Shown here piece by piece: positions 43,701 to 56,050 of a DNA stretch of 64,000 bases. Source of the stretch: Amoeboaphelidium occidentale (taxonomy: Eukaryota); assembly GCA_023515795.1 (NCBI GenBank), contig JALGPX010000001.1, forward strand, positions 1-64,000. The letters run 5' to 3'. Positions within the stretch are counted from its first letter, which is position 1; each line of letters starts with the position of its first letter. Both the position numbers and the translations under genes were made by a program. Under the pieces are notes generated by a model that was not told the origin of the DNA, searched no databases, and saw only the letters and a program-made list of their open reading frames with translations.

Positions 43701-44147
43701 GTTGAGACAGTAACGCCGGATAAACAGGTAGAATTGCCAGTTATAGAGGACCCAGTCATGGAAGAGTTCTTTACTCCCATGAAATCAAAAAATCGAGACT
43801 CTCTGGCATCTACGTCTACAGATACCATTAAGAAGATTTCATTCAAGATAGATTTCTTGAAGGAAAAAATTCAAAATATCATATCGACTGACAAGGAAAA
43901 CTTTGAGAATTTCATGAAAGATTCGCGAAAAGCTGCAGTTACAAACAAAAACTCTCGAATGATGGGCAATGCAACAGCCAGTCAATTAGCGTCAAAAGAT
44001 GAATGTGATAGACTTGAAGATTTGAAGGATCTATGTGAAGACATTATCGAGAGGAGTAAGACGAAACCAGATGAGTTGCAAAAAATGAAAGCGATTCTAG
44101 AGAGTGCTACTGCAAGAATTAACGATTTATTGACAGAATTAAAATGA
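40783..44147 (+). CDS. WD40 protein, MAPKBP1/WDR62-like; ~190 nt duplicated across N gap 42556-42576; intron 43074-43104
   Basis: HDSEILCMD, TGSRDR, DHSSSITGV and SCGLDKSVIF match conserved MAPKBP1/WDR62 blades. Confidence 0.8.
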
Positions 44148-44151
44148 ATAA

Positions 44152-46543
44152 TTAGCCTGACCCGCTTTCGACTTGATTTTGCACCAAGTGAAAGAACTTG
44201 CCATTATTTCGGAGGAGCTCACTATATGTTCCACATTCTACGATACGACCTTGTTCTACAACTAGAATTTTGCTCGCACTCTTGACTGTAGATAGCCTGT
44301 GAGCAATAACAAGCACAGTCTTATCAGCCATAGCTCTTTCAAGTGCCTCTTGTACAAGTTTCTCGCTCACTGAATCAAGAGCAGAAGTTGCCTCATCAAG
44401 CAAAAGAACCTTTGGCTTGCGAAGTAAAGCCCTTGCAATAGCAATTCTTTGCTTCTGACCAGCACTTAATCTTACACCTCTTTCTCCGACCAAAGTATCA
44501 TATCCTTCTGGAAAGCTCACAATAAAGTCGTGAGCATTCGCTTCTTTAGCTGCATGCACAATATCATCATCGCTGGCCTTTTCATAATCGTCCATACCAA
44601 ATGCAATGTTATCGCGAATAGACATGCCAAAAAGCACAGGTTCTTGCGGAACATATCCAATCTGACGCCTTAGCCATTGAATGTTAACATCCTTTATATT
44701 GACGCCATCTATAAGAACTTCTCCAGCGTCTGAATCATTCAAATCAAGTTCATAGAACCTCAGAATAAGACTCATTATCGATGATTTTCCGTTTCCTGAG
44801 AAGCCAACCAATGCGACGGTCTCTCCAGGTTTCATATCGAAATTAATTCCTTTTAGAATCTTGGAGCTCTTCCTGGATTTGTAACTGAATTCAACGTTTC
44901 GGAATTCGATGGAGCCTTCAATAATAAGAGGGAAAATACGAAAACAAACCTTGGAAATCTTTCAGAATTGCTCCATGTTGCAGCTCATACTTGTCATTCT
45001 CAGTCAACAAGCGATAAATTCTGTCGGATGCTCCTAGAGCTTGTTGAAAATCACCGTACAGAGTAGACAGAAATCCAATGATGGCTGCTGTAGAAAGAGT
45101 GTAAATGAGAAAACTCGATAAAAGACCAGCGGTTATATCTCCGTTAATCACAAGCATCCCACCAAACCAAACCACAAGTAATACACTAGATTGTCCTAAA
45201 AACGAGGTTACTCCATTGAATTGTCCATACAAGTTGGCAAGCTTTGCTCCCAAGAGATATGATTTTTCAATTTTCGATGCATAAGATTCAGCTGCCCACT
45301 TTTCCAAAGAGAATGCTCGAACAGTTCTGATATTACTCATACTTTCATCCGCAATTGAATTGGCGTTAGCAAGTTCATCTTGATAACTTTTTTGTAGATT
45401 CTTGAATTTCTTGCCGTAAAATATTGCGCTTCCTATGACTACAGGCATGACAGCAAACATGACCAATGTTAATTTCCATGAAATAAAGAACAATAATCCA
45501 ATCGAGCCAATGATCTGGATAGTCATTCTGATCAACATGGAAACGTTGACGGTGACTGCAGTCTGAAGAACTTGAGTGTCGGACGATAGCCTTGAAGTCA
45601 AATCACCAATTTTCGATTCATCGTAAAACTGTACAGTCTTGAAGATAAGCGAACTAAAAAGAGAAGTCCTTAGTCTCCTAGCAACTCGATGAGAAATCAA
45701 AGTAAAAATGTAAGCACGAATTAGACCAAATACAGAAGAAACAGAGAACAAAACCAATAACAGAAGTACAACATTACGTAACTGATCGTATTGACCAGCC
45801 TTATCTTTCGGATTATCAGAATTCGACGCATTTATAACTGCATCGACTAATTGACCAAGAATAAGTGGAGTGAACAGTTGCCCTGCTGTAGTAAGAAGAA
45901 GGGCAACGAGACCAAAAATCATGAGCCATTTTTCATGCTTCAGAAGAGACAATATCCACTTGAAAGAAACAGAAGTAGGTTCACGACTTGTCTCAGTACC
46001 ATCAACTCTTTCAGCATGAAGACCACCTTCATTGTCCTCAGGAACAATCGCATAAGAGTAAATGTCATAGAATCTGTTAAAATGCCACGCGAAACCAAGT
46101 TCGACCAGAATAATCAAAAGCTGAACTGAGCAACCAGCAATTATTACACCGATGCTTCCATTATTGCCCTTATAAGAAGCAACAAAGTAAATTTTGATCG
46201 AGGTGAACACCAAACACACGAACGCACACAAAAGTAGCGCATACTTCAGCAAAATAGAACGAAAATTGTTAATCTTTGTGAATGCAACATTGAATATAAC
46301 AGATCGTACAACAGAAACTAAAAGCACATCCAGTAAAGAAGTCTGAAACGAAAAGCTCGAGGCTTGCTGTCCCAGCAGCTCCATGTAATGATCAAAGTTC
46401 CGAGCATAATCCAAAGGCACCAATAGAAAAAATAAAAGAGAACTCCAAATGTCGATCTGTAAGAATAAAAACAGAAGAGGCATCTTCTTCCGGAAGACGA
46501 ATTCCTGTTCCGGAATCATCTCTGTTTCCTCCGAATCTTCCAT
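44152..46543 (-). CDS. ABCB half-transporter (TAP/ABCB9/Mdl1 group) with extra N-terminal TM domain; intron 44916-44949
   Basis: GDLTSRLSSDT, Walker A GFSGNGKSS, signature LSAGQ, LLLDEATSALD, IAHRLSTV. Confidence 0.93.
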
Positions 46544-46562
46544 TCCACAATTTGAACAGAAA

Positions 46563-47223
46563 ATGTCTGTGGAAATTCAGCCTGGCGCGATCGTTTGTAA
46601 AGACGCCATTTTGGAAGGGAAGCATCGCATAGCCGTTCAAGAAAAATGCGTTTTACATCCGCACTGCAGAATTATCGCTCTTCATGGAGATATCTTTATT
46701 GAATCTGGAACAATAATTGAGGAGTTTGTTGAGATTATTAATAAGTTAGTTGGAGCTTTTAGAGATACTAAAGATCTTCTGTAGGAAGAATGGCACACTT
46801 GTAATTGGAAGGAATAATCATTTTAAAGTTGGCGCAAGTAATCTTGATCATTCCAGCTTCTAATCGCTGTAAAGAGTTCATGGGTGAGATATCTGGAAAT
46901 AACAATGTATTTGAATGCAAAAGTATCGAATGCGTTTGTAGAGGTCTCATTCATTGCAATTGTGTAGGCGTCGTTAGCGAAGGGTCGGTGATTGCTGATG
47001 GTTGCGTCCTTGGGACAAAGTGCAGGACATTAGTAAACGAGGTTTTAGATTCCGGAACAGTTCTATATGGTTTTAATATGCGAAGGACAAAATATGCAGT
47101 TGAGCTCGTGGTATGATCATTTGTGTCTGTCGATGTTCATTAACTTTTTAGGATGATTTGCACATGAAACAACTAGCGCTTTTAGCAGATCTTCTTCCAA
47201 AGTTTAATCAAATGAGGGCATAA
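46563..47223 (+). CDS. DCTN6: Dynactin subunit 6 (p27), 5 exons
   Basis: Hexapeptide repeats (GAIVC, VLHPHCRIIALHGDIFIESGTIIEE). Introns 46745-46784, 46838-46874, 46923-46967 and 47111-47151 give the C-terminus QLALLADLLPKFNQMRA. Confidence 0.85.
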
Positions 47224-47572
47224 CGGTTAGCGCTTTCGTTGAGATCTGTTGGGATGCCCTGAGATCCATGTAGTCGGTCTTACTTCATCATTGATTCTGG
47301 AAATCACTAATTAACGATAATATATGCTTTAAGACTTTAGACACCACTTATGCTTTACCCGGTCTAATAATATCAAAGCCTACGCTTGAATCGTATAGCA
47401 TATGTTGGTAACGAGGCGTGCTAAATCGACGCAATTTCGGCCCATACGTTGCGAGCGTGGAACAGACAAACAACCATGCCGAACTTTTGATGTCTGAATA
47501 CTGTTTCAACTCATATTTACCCCATTTTGTCATAACCTTACGGGGGATTTTGTTAATTTTGCACTTTATTTA

Positions 47573-49474
47573 ATGACAGGACAGTACCAGCATCAGAGTA
47601 AGGACTACATGGTCCATCGTTTGGGCAGGCCCAGATCGAAGCACTACCGGCTAATGATCATTTACAGCTTAGCTTTCCTCGTAATGACAGTCTTTTACTT
47701 TTCCACTCGACAAATTACAAAGTCAGAACTCCGGTTTGAGAATCTGAATGGCCAGCAAGACAAGCTTGGGAGAAATGGAGACGATGAAGATCCAAGCAAC
47801 TATTTCATACCGAAGCCCATAGAAGAGAAGCCGCAAGGGAAGGTACCTAAACCACCTGTCAATCCTCCAATGAAGAACTTGGAGCAAAATCAAGACGAAG
47901 AGCAGAAGGATCCTTCAGAGTTACCTAGCAACCCTGATCCGAGTCCACAACAGATCGATAAGGAAGATGAGAACAAGGTAGATTACTACGCACATTCACT
48001 TCCGAAATCTGAGCCAATGAAGCTGAAACGGAGCAATGTGATCAAATTGGTTTCTGTTGGTATCAAGACTTTCAATCGTCCTTCATGCGCTCTGAATCTT
48101 ATCCGAAGTATTCTTTACTACTTTCCGGGAATATCAATTATAATCGTTAACGATGGTGTTGATCCTATCCCGATATCTGGTGGACTGTGGTCATTGAAGA
48201 GACCTTCGGCTGATGGATCCAAAGAAACATCTCCGTTCCAAACTAGTACAAAAGTAATGGTTGTTAACAGCACCGTAACCATTAACGATCCTCTAAGCTT
48301 CTCATACTCACAACAAGCTGAGCGATTTAAAGATCCTGAGCTACCAGATACTAAATACCCTGTCTCACATATCCGCCAGATAATGATACCTTTTGACAGT
48401 GGTGTTTCCTTGGGCAGAAACGTTCTTGTTCAAGCTTGTGCTAAAAAGTACATTCTAATGACTGATGATGATTATGAATTCACTGAAGAAACAGATGTAA
48501 TTCTAATGACTAGAATTCTGGAACAGAGTGAAGTATCCAGTAATGAAGTTCCAGCAAAGAAGATTCTGAAACACAACACTGGTACAATTGATATTGTTGG
48601 TGGTATCAGGAGTGAAGGCAAAATGTCTAGACTGAATGATTTCCCGCGTGGTTCAAATTTTGATATATTCGAAGAACATTTGGATCATCTACCAAAGAAC
48701 TACCTTGCTCAAGGTGAACACTATCTAAGAACAAAAAACGCAGAAGGCCAACTACAAGACAGACTAAGAGTACTGAAAATAATACCATCTAGAGATGATG
48801 CTACACCAGATACATTCCATGAATCAGAAGATCAAATACAAGAACCTTTGGCTAATTTAATGGTTATTGGGAACTGTTTACCTCTTGATTTCATTCAACA
48901 ATTCTTTATGGTCCGTGTAGATAAACTGAGATACACTGATGATAATACAGCTTCTACTCTATGGGATCCAACATTGAAGAACAATGATCATTATGATTTC
49001 TTTCTGAGAGCATCTGGCAAATTACAAATGGATCCCTCAAAACCACACAAAGCACTCAACATTATTGCATGTACAAATGTTAGATATATGCACGCAAAAA
49101 CCGCTAGCAATGTATGTTCAGCAGAATCACTATCAATACCACCACCATCACCTTCACAATCATCAAACTCCAACACTGGCCCTCAACAGACTATTTCGTA
49201 CAAGGATTTCAGAGCCAGATGGATCCGTTATATTCCATATCTATTCAAGAAATGGAATGTAGGCCTAGTAGCAGATGAAGAATTAAACAAACTAGTAATG
49301 ATTGTTCGTGATAAACTGGACCAAGAACAGTGTAAAATCCTACAAGTCCGTCGTGGATACACTGTTTCTGAAACATTTGATTTATCATGCACACAATCTA
49401 TAGATGGATTGAAAGTGGAGACTGGAGTGATTGTAGCAGGACCAAAAGAAGAGGAAAAAGTTACACAAAAATAA
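47573..49474 (+). CDS. Type II membrane GT-A glycosyltransferase, B4GALNT1/2-like
   Basis: One N-terminal TM and a Pro-rich stem; IKTFNRP, VNDG, PFDSGVSLGRN, TDDDYEF (DxD), DIVGG, WDPTLK...HYDFF. Confidence 0.8.
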   Translation: MTGQYQHQSKDYMVHRLGRPRSKHYRLMIIYSLAFLVMTVFYFSTRQITKSELRFENLNGQQDKLGRNGDDEDPSNYFIPKPIEEKPQGKVPKPPVNPPMKNLEQNQDEEQKDPSELPSNPDPSPQQIDKEDENKVDYYAHSLPKSEPMKLKRSNVIKLVSVGIKTFNRPSCALNLIRSILYYFPGISIIIVNDGVDPIPISGGLWSLKRPSADGSKETSPFQTSTKVMVVNSTVTINDPLSFSYSQQAERFKDPELPDTKYPVSHIRQIMIPFDSGVSLGRNVLVQACAKKYILMTDDDYEFTEETDVILMTRILEQSEVSSNEVPAKKILKHNTGTIDIVGGIRSEGKMSRLNDFPRGSNFDIFEEHLDHLPKNYLAQGEHYLRTKNAEGQLQDRLRVLKIIPSRDDATPDTFHESEDQIQEPLANLMVIGNCLPLDFIQQFFMVRVDKLRYTDDNTASTLWDPTLKNNDHYDFFLRASGKLQMDPSKPHKALNIIACTNVRYMHAKTASNVCSAESLSIPPPSPSQSSNSNTGPQQTISYKDFRARWIRYIPYLFKKWNVGLVADEELNKLVMIVRDKLDQEQCKILQVRRGYTVSETFDLSCTQSIDGLKVETGVIVAGPKEEEKVTQK

Positions 49475-52400
49475 AAAATTCATTGTTGATTACACTTGTT
49501 GAAATCCGTCTCATTTTCATCATCATCATCATCTACTTCTTCTTTGTCTTTGTCTTTGTCTTCAACTACAACTAAAACCTTGTCTCCTACTGATCCTACT
49601 ACATCCTTTTCCAAAGTATCAATCTTTTGTTTTATCCTTTCTTCATCCAACAAACACTGTAATCTCAATCTTTCCCTTAATTCCTGTTCATACTTTTTTT
49701 CCTGTTGTAGCAACAATATTTCCAATTGATGACACTTTTCCATTTCCATACTTCTTTGTCTTTGTGCAAGAGTGAGTTCTCTTTTAAGTTTCTGCATAGA
49801 ATCAGTAAATGATGAGCAATTACAATTACAAGGATAATTCTTTTTACTACAACTACAACTACTACTAGAACTAGAACTAGAACTAGAAACAACAAAAGAC
49901 AATTCTTGCAATAATTTCATATTCTCCAATTGCAACAATTTCACCAACTCATCCCTTTCATGATGCCCAGCAGAAGAAGAAGAAGAAGAAGAAGAACAAT
50001 TTAATACCAATTCTTGTCTCAATCGTTTACACTTTTGCTCTGNATTGAAAGTGGAGACTGGAGTGATTGTAGCAGGACCAAAAGAAGAGGAAAAAGTTAC
50101 ACAAAAATAAAAAATTCATTGTTGATTACACTTGTTCAAATCCGTCTCATTTTCATCATCATCTTCTTCTTCATCTTTGTCTTTGTCTTCAACTACAACT
50201 AAAACCTTGTCTCCTACTGATCCTACTACATCCTTTTCCAAAGTATCAATCTTTTGTTTTATCCTTTCTTCATCCAACAAACACTGTAATCTCAATCTTT
50301 CCCTTAATTCCTGTTCATACTTTTTTTCCTGTTGTAGCAACAATATTTCCAATTGATGACACTTTTCCATTTCCATACTTCTTTGTCTTTGTGCAAGAGT
50401 GAGTTCTCTTTTAAGTTTCTGCATAGAATCAGTAAATGATGAGCAATTACAATTACAAGGATAATTCTTTTTACTACTACTAGAACTAGAACTAGAACTA
50501 GAACTACAACTACAACTAGAACTAGAACTAGAACTAGAAACAACAAAAGACAATTCTTGCAATAATTTCATATTCTCCAATTGCAACAATTTCACCAACT
50601 CATCCCTTTCATGATGCCCAGCAGCAGCAGAAGAAGAAGAAGAACAATTTAATACCAATTCTTGTCTCAATCGTTTACACTTTTGCTCTGATTGCTTATA
50701 CAATTGCAATACTTTTCTATATTTCCCCTGTAATTCATTATTCATCTGTAACAATTTCAACTTTTCAGATTCAACTTCATCCAATAAAGAGAAACCCTTT
50801 GCTGGAGTGATTGTATAATTGGAAGTATGGATTAATTCTTGTAATTCTTGTAATTCTTGTAATTCTTCTTGTAACTCTTCTTCTTCTTGTAACTCTTTCT
50901 TCAACCCAATCATAGAATCTTCTTCCTGTTTCTCTTTCTCTTTCTCTTTCTCTTTCTCTTNNNNGCAGAAGAAGAAGAAGAAGAAGAAGAACAATTTAAT
51001 ACCAATTCTTGTCTCAATCGTTTACACTTTTGCTCTGATTGCTTATACAATTGCAATACTTTTCTATATTTCCCCTGTAATTCATTATTCATCTGTAACA
51101 ATTTCAACTTTTCAGATTCAACTTCATCCAATAAAGAGAAACCCTTTGCTGGAGTGATTGTATAATTGGAAGTATGGATTAATTCTTGTAATTCTTGTAA
51201 CTCTTCTTGTAACTCTTCTTGTAACTCTTCATCTTCTTGTAACTCTTTCTTCAACCCAATCATAGAATCTTCTTCCTGTTTCTCTTTCTCTTTCTCTTTC
51301 TCTTTCTCTTCCTCCTGATAATATTCCAACTCTAATTGAATCCTCTCAATCTCACACTTTAATTGATCTCTCTGAATCTTGACTTGATTCAATTCCAATC
51401 GTAATTCATCAATTCTATCCAAAGCCAAAGCCAAATCAGATTTGAGATTTTCTTGAATTTCTACTACTACTACTACTGAGGAGGAGGAGGAGGAGGAGGA
51501 GGAGGAGGAGGAATTATTATTAGAGGGATTAACAATATTTCTCTTATTATTTGTAACATCTTCATAGTCTTGTTTCATCATCATCATCATCATCATCAGT
51601 TCATCATATTCTTTTAACACTCTTTCTAATTCATTCTTGTATTTATCTCTACTCTCAGTCAATTGTTTTAAAGAAGTTAAAAGTTTATCATTTTCTAATT
51701 CCAATTCATTATAAATTTGCATTTCTGTTTTTCTTTTCTTTTCTTTTCTTTTCTTTTTGGAGATGAAAACGATGATTGATGGATTATTGTTTCAACTACT
51801 TAAACCACCGGCAAATAGTAAAAAGATGGATGTTGTATCTTTTATACATTCTAATTGTACTTCTTCTATTTCAATGTTTAAAGAAGATATAGAAGAAGTA
51901 GAATTGAATGAAAGTGAGATGGAGTATATAAACAGATTATTAGTACAAACAGAAACAGTTACTGAAACACAAATTAACCCTAACCCTACTACTACTACTC
52001 CTTCTAATCCTTATACTACTACTACTACTACTACTACTACTATTAACCCTACTAATAATAGTAATAATAATAATGATTATTCTAACCCTAATTTAATTAC
52101 ATTCACTAATTCTAATACTTCTATAGAAGAATCTCCTTCTGTTAATGTTGTTGATGAATTGATGAATGATTTACATGAAGCATGGGATAATGTAACTGAT
52201 AGTGATAAAAGAAGAAGAAGAAGAAGAGAAGATTTACTATTATTGATTAAACATATGCCAAAATGTTTACAATTTGTTGATTATCTTTCTTCTTCTTCTG
52301 AATCTGAATCTTCTTCTGAATCTGAATCTGAATCTGAAGTAGAAGGAGAGTTTAATTTGACATTGTTGTTACATCATCGAAAGAATTCTACTACCACTTC

Positions 52401-52841
52401 TACTTCTACTACAACTANAAGAAGAAGAAGAAGAGAAGATTTACTATTATTGATTAAACATATGCCAAAATGTTTACAATTTGTTGATTATCTTTCTTCT
52501 TCTTCTTCTTCTGAATCTGAATCTTCTTCTGAATCTGAATCTGTATCTGAAGTAGAAGGAGAGTTTAATTTGACATTGTTGTTACATCATCGAAAGAATT
52601 CTACTACCACTTCTACTTCTACTACAACTAATAATAATAATAATAATAAGATTGATTTTATTGATTGTGTTAAATCTTGTTCTATTATTAATTTAAAAGA
52701 TTTACTAAAGGAATTTCTAAATCAGAAATTATTGGATGAACAGGAATTATTATCTTTACAATATCATTTACTTGAATGTATTATTCAAAAAGAAGATTCA
52801 GTTGATGTTGATGTAGTAGAATTATTATGTTTATTGTCTTT

Positions 52842-52874
<33 letters not shown>

Positions 52875-55800
52875 ACAACATGGTGGTGGTGGTGGTGATG
52901 GTGGTATTCAAGTATTTACAGAATATTACAATGCACTTATAGGAAGTAGTAGTAGTAGTAGTAAAGGATTTGAGTTGTTTTATTTGTATTATTCACAACT
53001 ATTAAAAGAAGATAACGTTCAATTGTTGTATCAGTTGATGGATACTGTCTTTATGACTACTACTACTACTACTACTACTACTACAGGAGATTCTTATAAT
53101 TACCATGAAGGATTGCTTCTGTATTTACTTTTACAAAAAGATAAAGATAAAGAAGTGTTTCAGAATGTGTTTGCTTATTATATTAAAAGATTTGGTTTAA
53201 TAATATCTTCAACTAAGAATGTTAGTAAGGGATTAGATGTTATTGCGAGAGTCTTGTTGAAGTTGAATGAATCTTTAGAAAAGAGTCATAGTAAGGATCT
53301 ACTACTTTCTGGTTCAGTTTATAATGAGTTGGTTTATAGTATTCTTCTAAATTATTATCCTCCTCTATCGTCATCAAAGTCTCAGAATACTTTCCCTCCA
53401 ATAAGAGAAAGAGTTGCTGCTCTGCGTATACTCTCTGTTCTCTTTAGTCCCTCCAATATGGAAAAGTTTCAATTACTTCTACAGATGGAATTGTTGCAGA
53501 GTAATAATGATTCTGTTTTGGATTTATGTTTACAATATTGTCCATTTNCAACAACAACAACAACAACAACAACAACATGGTGGTGGTGGTGATGGTGATG
53601 GTGGTATTCAAGTATTTACAGAATATTACAATGCACTTATAGGAAGTAGTAGTAGTAGTAGTAGTAGTAGTAAAGGATTTGAGTTGTTTTATTTGTATTA
53701 TTCACAACTATTAAAAGAAGATAATGTTCAATTGTTGTATCAGTTGATGGATACTGTCTTTATGACTACTACTACTACTACTACTACGGGAGATTCTTAT
53801 AATTACCATGAAGGATTGCTTCTGTATTTACTTTTACAAAAAGATAAAGATAAAGAAGTGTTTCAGAATGTGTTTGCTTATTATATTAAAAGATTTGGTT
53901 TAATAATATCTTCAACTAAGAATGTTAGTAAGGGATTAGATGTTATTGCAAGAGTCTTGTTGAAGTTGAATGAATCTTTAGAAAAGAGTCATAGTAAGGA
54001 TCTACTTTCTGGTTCAGTTTATAATGAGTTGGTTTATAGTATTCTTCTAAATTATTATCCTCCTCTATCGTCATCAAAGTCTCAGAATACTTTCCCTCCA
54101 ATAAGAGAAAGAGTTGCTGCTCTGCGTATACTCTCTGTTCTCTTTAGTCCCTCCAATATGGAAAAGTTTCAATTACTTCTACAGATGGAATTGTTGCAGA
54201 GTAATAATGATTCTGTTTTGGATTTATGTTTACAATATTGTCCATTTCAGTTCTTGTTACAATATTTGAAGAGGATATATTATACACAATCAAATTTATT
54301 ATTGTTGAAGAAGAAGTTGATCAAGTGGTTGTTGCAGCAGCAGCAACAGCAGCAACAGCAACAGCAGCAGCAGCATTATAGAGAAAAGGGATTCTATACA
54401 ATTGTGGAATTGGCATGTGTTGATCAAAAGAGATTGGAATTAATGAAGAATGATCAAAATGGAAATGAAAGTGTTGTGGAGTATGTGGAAAAGTGTTTGG
54501 GGGATTTTGTGCAGGAGAGACTTATTGGAACAAGAAAGAAGAAGAAGAATGGTGGTGGTGGTGGTTTAGGGATAACAAGGATCAAGGAATTGTGTGATTT
54601 GATGTTGGGAGAAGGATTACAGGAGGAAAAAGATAGACAAATGGTGCTTTTATTGATGGAAAAGTATTTTTCTTGTACAAAAGAGAAAAGAAGGAGTGGC
54701 TATGGTGGTTATGGTAGGATTGTAGAGTATTTGTTTTCCACAAAGGGGAGTTTGTCTTTTGGAGAAGGAGAAGACTCAGCTCTAACTGTATTAAACAAAT
54801 CTTTCAATAATGACAATCCTGAATCCAAATTTAGATTTCGTAGAATTTGTCACTTGTGTTCTTGTATACTTGAATCCATGGATGAGAAGGAATTGAAACA
54901 AATGAAGGAATTGGATTTATTGTTGGAGTGTTTTGTTGTGATTTCTTCTGCAGCAAAAGGAAAAGATTTCGAGGTTGATTTTACGAGTTTGAATTGTTTG
55001 ACTAGAATTCTATTGGTTGTATCTCGGGAGCATCCTACAATCTATTCCAGTCAAACTGTGGATCAGTACTTGACTTTTCTTGTGGTTAATCAAAAAGATG
55101 TATTGCCGTTGCAGATGATGGAATATTTGATTAGATTATTGCATTTAAGGAATCCAGATATTGTTTCTAGGTTGTTTCAGATTGGGTACAAGTGTTTATT
55201 AAAGACGGAACAACAGCAACAGCAACAACAGCAACAGCAATTAACAAAATCAAACATGATTGTATTGGAATGTTTGAAATATGTTCCTTTTAGTGAACTT
55301 ACAGGAAATTGCTTTGATTTATTGGCTGCTATGAATGTTGCATACATTTTGGTAGAATTGTACTTTATGGAAAAGTATGAGGAAAAGAATGATTTCCTTC
55401 TTGAGAGGATATTACAATTATTGTCTGTTGATGGCTCAAATTCGTCAAGTATTGTGCTGGATAGAGTTCTTTATAAATTGCAAAGAGTCAAGGATGTTAG
55501 CAAGTATATTGCATTGATTCAATCACTACTACCAAAAGCACTACAATTTCAACCAACAATACAAACGTTTCAGCATTGGAGAGCATCATTTGAGTATATT
55601 CAATTTGTGTTGTTGGAAGGATTAGTTCATCCATTGGAATGCATAGAGTATTTATCGTTGTTAGGTTCACGTGTAGTACTACTACAGCAACCACAACAAC
55701 AACAACAGCAGCAGCAGCAGGGTAGTGGTATGGTTGCATTGTGCGATGAGGCTGTTCTATTGCACAAATGTTTGTATTTGAAGTATCCTGATTTCATTAA

Positions 55801-56050
55801 TTGCAACAACAGAAGTTGCATACAAAGAATACAACAACAAGTCAAAGTTCTGAGTGCAGAACAATCACCGTTACTTCCTCCTCTGTTCAACTTTTATGAT
55901 GGAATGTTTTCGATATATCCTGTAAGCAATAAGAAGAAGCATGTTATGAAACAAAAGGAGTTTCTATTGTGTTGTACTTCGACATTGCCAACACAGGTTG
56001 ATTCTGAATCTACTGCTGCTACTACTGCTGCTGCTTCAGTCGCTGAACAA
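49408..56050. repeat. Microsatellite-rich AT-rich island with allelic duplications around Ns (50043, 50961-50963, 52418, 53548)
   Basis: Runs of (ACT)n, (AGT)n, (CAA)n, (GGA)n, (AGA)n, (CAT)n, (AAT)n, (CTAGAA)n and (TCTGAA)n encode poly-T/S/Q/N/M/R; duplicated copies differ in repeat number. Confidence 0.9.
49480..51722 (-). CDS. SPDL1: Spindly-like coiled-coil dynein adaptor (partly duplicated across N gaps at 50043 and 50961-50963)
   Basis: Coiled coil with KGFSLLDEVESE (Spindly motif GNSLFAEVED) followed by GKYRK, and C-terminal CNQQ (human Spindly ends CPQQ). Confidence 0.7.

Noticed and set aside
47224..47572. ORF 47348-47533 or an ncRNA in the spacer
   Set aside because: No recognisable protein motif and no tRNA, snRNA or snoRNA hallmark.
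51974..52092. Telomere-like TAACCC units
   Set aside because: At most two tandem copies, in frame encoding Asn-Pro within a low-complexity CDS.
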